Shown one piece after another: positions 20,230 to 30,625 of a stretch of 64,000 nucleotides of DNA. The notes under the pieces are model-generated. The model was not told where the DNA came from and did no database searches. It was given only the letters and a program-made list of their open reading frames with translations. The translations under genes and the position numbers were made by a program. Position 1 is the stretch's first letter. Each line of letters begins with the position of its first letter. The DNA comes from Terriglobia bacterium (lineage in GTDB: Bacteria; Acidobacteriota; Terriglobia; JAIQFV01): assembly GCA_020072965.1 (NCBI GenBank), contig JAIQFY010000011.1, positions 14,925 through 78,924 of the forward strand. The letters are read 5' to 3'.

Positions 20230-21204
20230 CTATCGTCCAAGCCGCTGCCACACCATATGTGCTGCGCCGAGCAAACCCGCCCTGTCGATGAGACGCGACC
20301 GGACGATCGGCATTTTTTCGGCCCGATAAACGTATGACCGGGCAAAAACCTCTCTCATCATGAAGGGCGCAAATGCCCCCCAGGCTTTCGCCACCCCGCC
20401 CCCGATAATGTATTTTTCGAGATCAAGAACGTTCGTCAGATTGGCGATGACGATTCCGAGTGCCCAACCGACGAGTTGGTATATTCCCCGGGACGCCGGG
20501 TCACCCGTCCTGGCCAACCGGAAAATATCCGCGGCGGTGGCCTTGTCATTCTCCCTGAAGAGTTTCTTAAGAAACGCGGACTCTCCGCGATCCGCTGCCG
20601 CGCGGGCGCGCCGGACCACCCAGGGAGCGGAGGCATATGTTTCCGCACAACCGTAGGAGCCACAATTGCAGAGTTCGCCATTTGGATCCACGATCATGTG
20701 CCCGGTCTCAGCCGCAGTGCCCCGGGTCCCGCTCCAAATCTTTCCTTCCAGGACGATGCCACAACCAACCCCTGTACCCAGCGTCAATAGACTCGCATTC
20801 CTGAAACCTCGGGCTGCTCCCTTCCACACTTCGCCCAGCGCAGCGACATTGGCATCATTGTCCACGATGACTTCCACTGGCAGAATCTTCTCCATTTTGG
20901 CTTTGACCGGGAAATATCCTTTGCCGGGAAAATTGGGAGACTCATGCAACTCCCGATGATAGTAAACCAGCCCGGGGACGCCCACGCCGACACCCGCCAG
21001 GCGTCGTTTTTTCTTCCGGAGATCGGAGCTGAGATCCAGGATCAAATCGCACATCCGCTCGATGACGTCATCGCGGCCGCGCTCCACCTGCGTCGGAATG
21101 CGCCTCTCGTCGAGGATCGTTCCCCCGTCATCCACCGCCGCCACACGCAGGTTCGTCCCACCCAAATCCACGCTGGCTACAAAATCGTTCATGGAAATCT
21201 TCAT
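20230..21204 (-). CDS. ROK family sugar kinase (glucokinase-like)
   Basis: VDLGGTNLR, DNDANVAALGE, TLGTGVG, ETGH, CNCGSYGCAE. Confidence 0.9.
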   Translation of the reverse strand: MKISMNDFVASVDLGGTNLRVAAVDDGGTILDERRIPTQVERGRDDVIERMCDLILDLSSDLRKKKRRLAGVGVGVPGLVYYHRELHESPNFPGKGYFPVKAKMEKILPVEVIVDNDANVAALGEVWKGAARGFRNASLLTLGTGVGCGIVLEGKIWSGTRGTAAETGHMIVDPNGELCNCGSYGCAETYASAPWVVRRARAAADRGESAFLKKLFRENDKATAADIFRLARTGDPASRGIYQLVGWALGIVIANLTNVLDLEKYIIGGGVAKAWGAFAPFMMREVFARSYVYRAEKMPIVRSRLIDRAGLLGAAHMVWQRLGR

Positions 21205-21270
21205 GATGACATCTCAACGGCACTGCCGAGGCGCCATGCCGGCCAGACCATCGCCTCAATTGAACTCCCT

Positions 21271-21738
21271 TTAGAAAATCTTTCCATTCCGATAGACAGC
21301 AGGGACATAATCATTAAGAACCGATCCCTCCACAACCTCCCCCATGATCACGAAGTGTGATCCCACTTTTTTGTGCGATATCACCCGGCAATCCAGATAC
21401 GCAATCGAATCGCAGAGGATGGGTGAACCGGTGACTGCAGTCCTCGTGGGTATCCCGATCAATTTGTCGGTTTCACTTGATGTAGCCCTCCCCAGGGCGT
21501 AAGCCAACTCCTGCTGTTCCCTTGCAAGGACATTGATCGCAAAGATCCTGCTTTCCAACATCATCCGGGTTGTACAACTTTCGGGTGTCAACCCCACCAC
21601 GACCTGCATGGGTTCCTTGGAGACTTGAGCGACCCAGACCGCGGTCATGGCGCTTACTTCTTCCCCTCGTTTCGTTGTAATCACATAGACGCCGTATGTC
21701 AGGGAGTAGATGGCCTTTTTCGTGTCTTCAAGGTTCAC
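21271..21738 (-). CDS. Flavin reductase-like protein
   Basis: TYGVYVIT, FAINVL, GSPIL, GSHFVIMGEV. Confidence 0.88.
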   Translation of the reverse strand: MNLEDTKKAIYSLTYGVYVITTKRGEEVSAMTAVWVAQVSKEPMQVVVGLTPESCTTRMMLESRIFAINVLAREQQELAYALGRATSSETDKLIGIPTRTAVTGSPILCDSIAYLDCRVISHKKVGSHFVIMGEVVEGSVLNDYVPAVYRNGKIF

Positions 21739-21819
21739 GGGAATGAACTCGTCTCCATTTGAATTTCAACGGTATTTTGTAACACCGCTGAGGCGCAGAG
21801 TCCGCCGAGGGGGACACCC

Positions 21820-23847
21820 CTACTTCAGATACTCATCAAACCATCCCACAACGCGAGTGAGCAAATCCAGCTGGTGGGCCCGCTCTCCAAAAATGTGAGC
21901 CTCCCGGGGATAAACCACTATTTCGGTTTTAACACCCAACTGCTTCAACCCATGATAAAACTCCTGACCTTGTCCCAGGGGAACCCGCTGATCGCCCCCT
22001 CCATGGACGACAAGGGTCGGCGTTTTCACGTTCTTTACAAATGACATCGCAGAGTGCTTTTCATATGCATCCCGACGATTGAAAGGCAGATCAAGAAAAT
22101 AAGACTTCAGGAATGAGGGCGTGATGTCAGTGGTTCCATTAAAGCTGAAGAGATTGGTCACGCCCGCACCCACGATGGCGGCTTTGAAGCGATCCGTTTG
22201 AGTAACGGCCCACGAGGACATGAAACCGCCGTAACTCCAGCCCCCGATTCCCAGGCGGTTCGGGTCAGCGATCTTCTTTTCAACCAACTCATCGACCCCG
22301 CTCATGATATCCACAAAATCTCCGCCGCCCCAATCGTCTCGATTTGCCTCAACGAAAGCCGTCCCCTGCCCATCGCTTCCTCGAGGATTGGGCAACAAGA
22401 CGACGTAGCCGTGCGAGGCCAGTAGTTGTCCCCACCCATGCCAGCTTCCATGCCAACCCATCCACCAAGCCCACTCGGGGCCGCCATGAATCTCAGCGAT
22501 GGTGGGATACAACTTGCCGGGATCATAGTCCGGGGGTTTGATCAGGACCCCATAAATCGTCTTGTCGTCCTTCTTGCTCTTCCAGGAAATCTCTTCGATG
22601 CTCCCGAGGCGCCACTGCTCCACCTGTGGATTCACGCGGGTCAGTTGCTGTTGCTTCTGATTCTGCTCGTCAATGATCCATACGTCGGTGGGCGCGTCCC
22701 CTTTCTGATGAAGAAACGTGATGGCGCTCGCATCTTGATTCATCGAAAAGCCGTGGTCCCGGCCGGCCTCAATTTGAACGTCAAACATCTTCTTGGTGCG
22801 GCCGTTGGTGGTATCGAGCCCCGAGATCATGGCATGGGCGCCCTCAATCGATTCCACAATTAAATACTTGGAGTCCGGCGCCCAGCGTGCCCAAAAAATA
22901 GTACCCTTGTAATCGCCGTCGAGGCGCTTCACGTCGCCCCCGGAGGCGGGGACAATCGAAAGGGAGGCGGTGATCCCAGTGGGAGTGCGTTCTTGAAAGG
23001 CGACCCACTTTCCGTCGGGAGAATATCCCCATTCACCCACCCCCGCGCGCTCGCTGAGTGTCCGAACAATTTCGCCCTGCCGGTTTATGGTCACCAGTTT
23101 GGAGTGCCAATACATTTCGTCGAGATCCGGCGTTGAGGAAATGAGGAGGGCAAGTTCCCGGCCATCAAACGACCACTCCGCATCAATCACATGTAGGTCT
23201 TGTTTGGTAACCAGCCTTGTCTCGTGCAACACAGGATCACAAAGATAAAGGCGTACGAATTTCCACTCGTGATCTATATACTTTCGATCATCGTGCTTCT
23301 TCTTGCGCGCCTCGTCCTCCGGCGTCGGCCCATCTTTTGCGAGAAGCGCAATCGTCTTTCCATCCTTCGACCATGAGTAAGTAGAGACGCCGCCCTTCAG
23401 CTCTGTGATCTGCCGTCCCTCGCCTCCATCCGTTGGCATGATCCAGAGCTGCGTCTTCGGAGGTTCCGCATCCTTATCTTCATCTTCGGCTTTGCCCTTT
23501 ACTTCGCTTCGGTCGGAAAGAAATGCGAGCCACTTGCCATCGGGAGACCATCGCGGCGAGGTCTCGCTCTTTTCGCTGAAGGCATATTTGTGCGGGGGAG
23601 TCTTCCCGTCGGTCGCAACCATCCAGACGTCTGAATTGCGTGGCCTGTCCGGATGCTCCGGATCAGCAGGCTCGGTCACGACGAAAGCGATCTGCTTCCC
23701 GTCGGGTGAGATTTGAGGATCGCTGACCTCACGCAGATCAACGATTTCAGCGGGGGTTGGAAAGTGTCTGGATTCAGCGTGCAACAACCCTTCGGCTGAA
23801 ACCACCAAGGCTGCGAAGATAAACGGCAGACACCTGGACTTCTTCAT
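21820..23847 (-). CDS. S9 family peptidase (dipeptidyl aminopeptidase/acylaminoacyl peptidase), exported
   Basis: PD40 repeats (SPDGK), IHGGP, GGWSYGG, DQRVP, YPREAH; signal peptide. Confidence 0.92.
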   Translation of the reverse strand: MKKSRCLPFIFAALVVSAEGLLHAESRHFPTPAEIVDLREVSDPQISPDGKQIAFVVTEPADPEHPDRPRNSDVWMVATDGKTPPHKYAFSEKSETSPRWSPDGKWLAFLSDRSEVKGKAEDEDKDAEPPKTQLWIMPTDGGEGRQITELKGGVSTYSWSKDGKTIALLAKDGPTPEDEARKKKHDDRKYIDHEWKFVRLYLCDPVLHETRLVTKQDLHVIDAEWSFDGRELALLISSTPDLDEMYWHSKLVTINRQGEIVRTLSERAGVGEWGYSPDGKWVAFQERTPTGITASLSIVPASGGDVKRLDGDYKGTIFWARWAPDSKYLIVESIEGAHAMISGLDTTNGRTKKMFDVQIEAGRDHGFSMNQDASAITFLHQKGDAPTDVWIIDEQNQKQQQLTRVNPQVEQWRLGSIEEISWKSKKDDKTIYGVLIKPPDYDPGKLYPTIAEIHGGPEWAWWMGWHGSWHGWGQLLASHGYVVLLPNPRGSDGQGTAFVEANRDDWGGGDFVDIMSGVDELVEKKIADPNRLGIGGWSYGGFMSSWAVTQTDRFKAAIVGAGVTNLFSFNGTTDITPSFLKSYFLDLPFNRRDAYEKHSAMSFVKNVKTPTLVVHGGGDQRVPLGQGQEFYHGLKQLGVKTEIVVYPREAHIFGERAHQLDLLTRVVGWFDEYLK

Positions 23848-24265
23848 CAGATCCTCCAGATTGAAACGGCAAATCATAGTTCAAGGCTTGTCCCGCAACA
23901 CCTGCTGAGGTAGATCTCCTCTGCCTCGGGCCAGAAAAACTGTCATTCTAACGCAGACCCGGAGATTTTATTTTAATTTTTGCGGAAAACGGTCTGCCCC
24001 AATCGAGCCCAGGTGGTCACAAAGAAAAGATCGAATAGAAACATCCCCTCAAGGAGCCCCTATCGCACAACCAAAACTCCAAATCTAAGGGAGCCTCTAG
24101 CAGTCTCGTACGTTGCACTCTGAAGCACTTTCTCGCCCGGGGCTTTTGTCAACCGCCTTTAAAAATCCCCCTCCAGGATCCCGAACCGGGGGTGCCAGGG
24201 CATTTCTCCGGGTTGCGGCGTCAACCCGTCCTGTGCCTGTTGCGTCTTCTTGGGCTGATACGGGA

Positions 24266-25192
24266 CTAAAACAAGGCGGGGCCCGAGATGATGTAGTTTT
24301 CCATCTTCCCGAATTCTCTCGAACTCATAAAGATGGCGTGGGAATCAATTCGGAATCCAGCGCGGATTAGCTCGCGAATCGATTCCACATTCGGACTGGG
24401 GATTTGGATGGTGAGTCCGGGATGCAGTCGTGCCGCCGACTCGATCGCCTGATGGAGGACGGGCAGCATGGCACGGGTGTCCTTCACCGCCAACGGGCCA
24501 ACTTGACCCTTGGGCGAAATGTAGAAATATCCGATGGTTCGATCGCTCTTCTTTGCAAGCCAGCAGCGGTTCCCGCTGCGTTTGATGAAAAGCTCGTGGT
24601 CTTCGTTCCGTCCACTTCCACGCGCCACTTTGTCAATGGAGCTCATCTCATGAACAGCCTCCCGAATTCCTCCTTGTGATCCCGTGGGATCCAGCTCACA
24701 AATTTTGATTTCGCGTTCCGCAGCCCACGTCGGCTTAAGATCCTTAGAGCGACAGACAAGTGTATAGATCGGAAATTGCGGTGTCATGCCGAGCATGATG
24801 TAGCTTCGCATGGCGGGAGGATAAAGAGAACTGTAGGTCGATGTAATCCGGTAGGGCCTGTCGCTTTGAAGTGACCGTTTCAGCAATTGCCTCCCGATAC
24901 CCCGGTTTTGAAACTCGGGGACAATCCAGAAGTCGCACAGGAACCAGATTGAGCCACGAACAATGGAGCACACAAATCCAATGACCTTCGTGTTCGACTC
25001 GGCCACCCAGAAGCCCTGTGCATCCGTCGCGAGAACATGACGAAGGTAAGGCGGAACCCTCCGCATGCCCCGGAGGGATTGCCGGGTGCCGTAAACCCTT
25101 CGAATCATATCTTGGAAAGAGCTCAAGAATGTCTCCCAGACGGCGCGAAGATCTTCGGGCCGACAGGGACGAATTAGAATTTGAGAAGTCAT
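24266..25192 (-). CDS. GNAT acetyltransferase (tandem GNAT-like)
   Basis: IVPEFQNRGIGRQLL; second domain with VGPLA. Confidence 0.8.
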   Translation of the reverse strand: MTSQILIRPCRPEDLRAVWETFLSSFQDMIRRVYGTRQSLRGMRRVPPYLRHVLATDAQGFWVAESNTKVIGFVCSIVRGSIWFLCDFWIVPEFQNRGIGRQLLKRSLQSDRPYRITSTYSSLYPPAMRSYIMLGMTPQFPIYTLVCRSKDLKPTWAAEREIKICELDPTGSQGGIREAVHEMSSIDKVARGSGRNEDHELFIKRSGNRCWLAKKSDRTIGYFYISPKGQVGPLAVKDTRAMLPVLHQAIESAARLHPGLTIQIPSPNVESIRELIRAGFRIDSHAIFMSSREFGKMENYIISGPALF

Positions 25193-25450
25193 ATGAACCG
25201 GCTTATCGGGGATTGTGCCTTCCATTCAGGACAGGATAAGCAGGAGGGGTTCCTTCACCTAGGGGCCCTGCAGGGCCGGGGTGTCGGCGGCCCATGGGGC
25301 GCCCGGCCGCTTCCTACCATCGCATCGGGTCAACAGAGTCCTCTCAAATTGGACACCATGAAATTCGTACCTACGAGGCTGGCCTGTGCACACTGTCTCT
25401 ATGGCGGCCATTCCATATCTGATGACCGGCGCCCGATCCAGAGACTGGCT

Positions 25451-25762
25451 CTAGTCAGCAAGAAAAAAACGCGAGGGGATTGCCGCGGCATTTCGTGCCC
25501 GGTGGGGGTCGCCTTCCGAGACGTGGAATGCCTCACCCGTCTTCACCAGGATTTTCTGATCGGGCATTTCAAACTCGATGACCCCTTCCAGAACATACCC
25601 GAGGTGGCCCCGCGCACACCATTCTTCATGTTTTGCATCCACGGCATATTCGACCAGGCGGAACCGATGTCCTCCGGATTCAAATCCCTTTTGACGAATG
25701 CCCGGCGATGTTTCGACCCACTCCTGCTTCTCAAAACTGAAAGTCTCGATCATGCTGTCCAT
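25451..25762 (-). CDS. Cupin domain protein
   Basis: HEEWCARGHLGYVLEG...GEAF...HRA. Confidence 0.8.
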   Translation of the reverse strand: MDSMIETFSFEKQEWVETSPGIRQKGFESGGHRFRLVEYAVDAKHEEWCARGHLGYVLEGVIEFEMPDQKILVKTGEAFHVSEGDPHRARNAAAIPSRFFLAD

Positions 25763-26241
25763 TCCTCCCGAGGGCTCTTCCAGGATTGATCTTACCTAGC
25801 GACGACATAAGTGTATCGGTATGATGAATGCAAACACCCGGTTGGGTCGAACTCATCGCCTCGTCAATTCAATTGGCCTAGGAATCGTGGAGTAATTAGC
25901 GGGTTGCGCATCCCTCTACGGGATTCCCAGCCTCCCCACCTCCGAGCTTGCCGTCCAAAGACCTCCAACAATCTCCTTCGTTCAACACCCAGTCATGGCG
26001 GACGAATCATACTATTAAGGACATCAAAAGTGCTACCGTCGAATACAATTTTTTTCGGCTCATGAGGATTAATTTACACGCCTCGACTCGCCTGATATCA
26101 GCGCCCCTCGGCCCACCTGGTTCATGGTTTCTATTCTTGCTCGAATCGGCCCTCGATTTGCCGGACCCCCCAGGGAATTCGGAGGAGCGCTCCTCCAGGC
26201 GATTCTGGCCTCGGTCCGTGCGAACGTTTATAGGAAGACGT

Positions 26242-28398
26242 CTAATTCTTCGGGAACTGAATCACCTTTACCGTCTCTAAGGCTCTCAGATACTCCTGGA
26301 CCCATTCAAGAGGGATGGGTCCAAATTCAGCGGAGACAAAATCACGGATGGCCTGGACCGAACGTTTTCCATCCACCAGGTTAAGAATCTCGTAAGAGTA
26401 ATCCGCAGAAGATGCCCGGCGAACAGGGCTGGTCGGTTCCGGCAGTCCATCGAGATTGGCGAAAATCTTCAGCTTTGTCGTATTTTCAGTCCCGTAATGA
26501 TCCGCCAAATAATCGTAACCGAACAACGACATGGCCCCCTTGATGTCAAGGCGGGACGGAACTTCGCCCGTTTCTTCCTTGGGCTCAAGCTCACCAAGAA
26601 AACCCTCCACCTCATCGCCTCGCACTCCCGACCAGCCGACCAGGTCGCGGGTAAACCCTATCAGGTCAAACCTCGCAACTTGCTCTTCTCCAATAAAACC
26701 CTTTAAGGAAATGAAGTTTGCTCTTTCCCGCCGCACTAAGTGCCGCAAAAAATTATCCATTTCCCGCAGGGGATCCCGCGGGGTCGAACGGGCGGCGAGG
26801 CGCGCCTGTTCGCTGAAGCGTACCTGTGAATCCGCCATTCGCCGCTTCGCGTGGACAATCACTTCCGAGGTGATCTCCGCGGAGTTGGTCGAGTCCAGGT
26901 TCGCCAGGAAGTACCCGCTGGCGGCCCCCACAATGGCCGCGCGTTTGAGCTTGGTTGAGTCGATCTTATCGATGGAATCTTCATTGGTGTGGATATACCG
27001 ATCCGGCCAGTCATTGAGGTAAATCGCGGGTATCCGGAATGAGCCCTCATCATAGACCTGGTGATCACTCCCCTCGGTGTACTCGGAGATTTCCAGATGC
27101 AGTGCATCCTTCGACCCATCCGATGCATGGACACCAAACTGGGGTTCCCCGGTCGCCGCAAATTGATCGCTGAGATCGCGCACATATTCACCAAAGACCT
27201 GGGCCACGTCGTTCACAAAGGAGGGGATGGAATCGGGGGTGCGAGTGACGTGGAAAATAGCCTTCGTTTTCTCCTGGGAGCCGCCGACCATATCCATGTG
27301 AATCGCCGCCTTCATTTTCGTAACCAATTCCGGATGCGAGGAGAGGAAGATCTGAGTTCCCTCAATTTCGGGGGCCCACACAAACCGCAGGGTGCGCTTG
27401 AGGGGAGGGATGCTTTTCTCCCCGGTCAGCCGATGAATCGTCCGCGCAACTTCAAGGATGGCCGAACAGCCGCTGGCGTTGTCGTTGGCTCCGGGCATTT
27501 GATGATCAAGGTGACAACTGAAAACTATTTCCTCATTCTTGAGGCGCTCATCGGATCCAGGCAAGGTCCCGGTAACGACCTCATAAAACCCGTCATGCCG
27601 CCCTGCCTTCACCCGGGCCCGCAGCCAGACTTTTTCTCCATGTGCCAGCCGGTTCCGGAAATCCCGCGCTTGCCGGAGCGATACCTGAAATGCAAAGGTC
27701 CTGGTGGAGGAATATGAATCGAGATGTCCCCAGCGGACCAGGGAGTCATCCTCGCCCTGCCAGCCCTGCGATTGATTGAGGGCATAGCTGACCATCCCCA
27801 CAGCCCCGAAGCGATCCACAGCCAGTTTCTGCGCGGCGCTTCCCTGGGACGAAATAAGGACTATCTTCCCCTTGACCTCCTTATTCTCATAGTCCTTTTC
27901 ATTGGTCCCACTGCCGACATCAATCAACTCTGCCGTCACGTCGGCCGATTCAGAATCCTCAGCCAAGCAGACACGCATATCCTCCCAGGAACAGATCCGG
28001 CGGAGGAGGGAAAACGCCGAAGGGGCAGTGTGCGGGCCTCGGGGCCTCGAGTTTTTCTCCGGGAGAACCTCCCACAAATCGGCCGAATCGGCATCCCATG
28101 CCTGGCGGGCCTTGAGGGCACCATAGAGCCGCCTTCCGTCGGCGGGGAATCTTTCGATGCGAGCATCCGTGAGGCCATTCTCCCGGGCACGTGCGAGAAC
28201 AAACTCCGCGGCGTCATGGAAGTCGCGCGAACCGCGGACCCGGTTGAAGGTGGTGATGGCCTGGAGGTTCCGTTTCGCCGAGCCGCCACTGACCTCTTCC
28301 ATGATGTGGTGCATCGTCGATTCAGGCAAAAGCGATTGAGATTGCGCACCGCAGAGATGAGGGATCAAGAGTAAAAAGATCGCAGCGCCCTTGCGCAT
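26242..28398 (-). CDS. M28 family aminopeptidase with PA domain (DUF4910-like), exported
   Basis: CHLDH, GANDNASG, PEIEG, HMDMVG, GSDH, IHTNED; AGGAGG RBS before the ATG at 28398. Confidence 0.85.
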   Translation of the reverse strand: MRKGAAIFLLLIPHLCGAQSQSLLPESTMHHIMEEVSGGSAKRNLQAITTFNRVRGSRDFHDAAEFVLARARENGLTDARIERFPADGRRLYGALKARQAWDADSADLWEVLPEKNSRPRGPHTAPSAFSLLRRICSWEDMRVCLAEDSESADVTAELIDVGSGTNEKDYENKEVKGKIVLISSQGSAAQKLAVDRFGAVGMVSYALNQSQGWQGEDDSLVRWGHLDSYSSTRTFAFQVSLRQARDFRNRLAHGEKVWLRARVKAGRHDGFYEVVTGTLPGSDERLKNEEIVFSCHLDHQMPGANDNASGCSAILEVARTIHRLTGEKSIPPLKRTLRFVWAPEIEGTQIFLSSHPELVTKMKAAIHMDMVGGSQEKTKAIFHVTRTPDSIPSFVNDVAQVFGEYVRDLSDQFAATGEPQFGVHASDGSKDALHLEISEYTEGSDHQVYDEGSFRIPAIYLNDWPDRYIHTNEDSIDKIDSTKLKRAAIVGAASGYFLANLDSTNSAEITSEVIVHAKRRMADSQVRFSEQARLAARSTPRDPLREMDNFLRHLVRRERANFISLKGFIGEEQVARFDLIGFTRDLVGWSGVRGDEVEGFLGELEPKEETGEVPSRLDIKGAMSLFGYDYLADHYGTENTTKLKIFANLDGLPEPTSPVRRASSADYSYEILNLVDGKRSVQAIRDFVSAEFGPIPLEWVQEYLRALETVKVIQFPKN

Positions 28399-28513
28399 GA
28401 GTCCTCCTCTTCGAATCAGGTTGATGGATTTCTTTTCTACATTCAGGGGGCCCGTTCCACGCCGCGGGGTCTCACCGGTCACCCCTCCGAAACAAAAGAC
28501 CGGGCGCAAGCCG

Positions 28514-29629
28514 TCAAATTGCGTTTACAAAGTGTTTAAACCTCTCGCCGGACAGGACCCTTTGCGCCTGCTCTCTCCCACGCGTGAATGTTCGCATGGT
28601 TCTGGAATTGTTAGTACTCAGAAAACCGGCTTCGACCGGATGGTCGGGGAAGAGAATGTAGAGCCGTTCTTCCTCCAGGGCGCGGCGCACCCCCTCCCAC
28701 GAATTCAGAGAAGCCAAGCGCATGGAGGTCTCCCACAGGCGTCCCTGCGGATCACAGCAGAACACGATAGTCTTTTCGCATCGAACCGATTCCGAGAGTT
28801 TATTGAAGCGCCCGTCCTCCTCGAAAACTCGAAACGGCATCTTGAGCGAAAAGCCCCCGTCCAAAAAAGCGGCTCCCACATCATCCGCAAACTGATAAGG
28901 CGAAACCATCTCTTCCCAGGCGGCATCGCCGGAACAGGCGTTCGGATGTAGCGGATCCAATCCCCTCCAGACGGGCAGGAGCTCTTCCGCCCGCATGGGC
29001 TCGCCCATCGCAAAGGGCACCAGACAGGAAGCTTCAATGGCATTGTGGTAGTTGACCCGGGTCAGAGGCCGGACCAATTCATTGCACATGGATGAAGGCA
29101 GATGCGACCCGAAGATCACGGGGTCTTCAATGTAGTCTTCGGGAAGATACTTCCATGCCCGCGGGAGTTTGCGCGTTGATGACTTGAAAAAATAATGGAG
29201 TGAATCCCTGCGGCTAAAGGGCCTGCCATCCCGGCGTCTCACCCGGGTGGTAAACACCAGCAGGCGAGTTCGAGTCTCGGGAGGGGTATCGAATACCGCC
29301 GTGAGCTCCCGTGCACTCATGACATACCGGATGGAATGATAGAGAAATGAACGGAATCGCGACAAACCGCCCAGCGACCGGAATTCCGGCAGTTCATGGG
29401 TACGCGGAGGAATCCCTTCCAGGCCCCAGTGGCTCCATCCCTTCATCACAGTTTCATGAGTGCCGGTGGCCACATCAGCAGCGGCATAACCGCCCGCGGA
29501 GGCCCCCATGACAATGCGGGGATAGCAGCCCTTGGCGCGCGCCCATTGCATCAGCTCATATAGCACGCCCCCTTGCCACGCCCCCCGGCCCGCCCCGCCT
29601 GAATCCAGCACCCAACAGAAAGCTGTCAT
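28514..29629 (-). CDS. Patatin-like phospholipase
   Basis: GGAGRG oxyanion motif, GASAG nucleophile, FLDGG. Confidence 0.8.
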   Translation of the reverse strand: MTAFCWVLDSGGAGRGAWQGGVLYELMQWARAKGCYPRIVMGASAGGYAAADVATGTHETVMKGWSHWGLEGIPPRTHELPEFRSLGGLSRFRSFLYHSIRYVMSARELTAVFDTPPETRTRLLVFTTRVRRRDGRPFSRRDSLHYFFKSSTRKLPRAWKYLPEDYIEDPVIFGSHLPSSMCNELVRPLTRVNYHNAIEASCLVPFAMGEPMRAEELLPVWRGLDPLHPNACSGDAAWEEMVSPYQFADDVGAAFLDGGFSLKMPFRVFEEDGRFNKLSESVRCEKTIVFCCDPQGRLWETSMRLASLNSWEGVRRALEEERLYILFPDHPVEAGFLSTNNSRTMRTFTRGREQAQRVLSGERFKHFVNAI

Positions 29630-29748
29630 GAGAATTCGAACAATTGTGACGATGAAATCCAATCAAGATTCAACGCCGACCGCGCGGGTCCGCCCCGCAG
29701 TCGAATGCGGCGAAAAATAAAGATCCGGCTCTTCAGAGGTCAAAACGC

Positions 29749-30528
29749 CTACCGGGCGCAGGTGAGATGTCGCCCTCCGTCGACCGCAAGTGTTTCCCCG
29801 GTGATCCATCCGGATCGGGCGCTGGCCAGGAAGAGGATGGCCTCTGCGACATCCTCGGTGCGGCCGACGCGGCCCAGCGGGTGGGTGGTCTTGCTGTGCT
29901 CCAAAAATTTTGCATAAGCCTCATCCGACATCCCCCCTGCCCGGTGAAGATTCGTCACCACCACCCCCGGGTTTACGGCGTTGACCCGGACCCCTTTGGG
30001 CGCCAGGTCGAGGGCTGCACATTGCGTCATGGCGTTGACGGCGGCCTTGCTGGCCACGTACGCGAAGACGTTCGGAAAGGCGCGTGTCCCAGCGACCGAG
30101 GAAATATTGACGATGCATCCCTTGCGCTCCACCAGGGACGGGAGAACGGCCTTCATCATCAGGAAAATCGAACGCACATTCACGTCCATCATCCGATCAA
30201 ACAGTTCATTTGATGTTGCGTCGAGGGGGGCGGTTGCGATGATCCCGGCGGCATTGACCAGGACATCGATCCCACCCCATCGGGTTACCGTGGTTTGTAC
30301 GGCGCGCTGAATAAAGGTCTCGTCGGTCACATCACCCACAAACTTTTCCGCGTCGCCTCCGAGGGCGATAATCTCTCGCAGGAGGCCATCGAGTTCTTTT
30401 TCCCGTCGCGCCACGATCGCCACCCGGGCCCCGCTCCTGACAAAGGTCAGTGCTGTGGCACGGCCAATTCCACTGGATGCGCCAGTGACGAGGGCAACCT
30501 TGTTTTCAAACTCTCTGGAATTAACCAT
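29749..30528 (-). CDS. SDR family oxidoreductase
   Basis: TGASSGIG, NAAG, YVASK, VNPG. Confidence 0.92.
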   Translation of the reverse strand: MVNSREFENKVALVTGASSGIGRATALTFVRSGARVAIVARREKELDGLLREIIALGGDAEKFVGDVTDETFIQRAVQTTVTRWGGIDVLVNAAGIIATAPLDATSNELFDRMMDVNVRSIFLMMKAVLPSLVERKGCIVNISSVAGTRAFPNVFAYVASKAAVNAMTQCAALDLAPKGVRVNAVNPGVVVTNLHRAGGMSDEAYAKFLEHSKTTHPLGRVGRTEDVAEAILFLASARSGWITGETLAVDGGRHLTCAR

Positions 30529-30625
30529 GAGAAATGAACGCTCCTTCTGGAGTTCTGGTCTCAATGGGCGGACTGAATAGGATGGGCCGGGAAGAGACTC
30601 GCACTCCGCATAGACACCGCCTGCT

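Noticed and set aside
25790-26240. Short ORFs or an RNA gene between the cupin and M28 genes (similarly 23880-24260)
   Set aside because: No motif, RBS or recognisable RNA structure that I can support
28514-29629. Patatin as a CBASS or other defence effector
   Set aside because: No cyclase or defence genes nearby; it sits among metabolic genes
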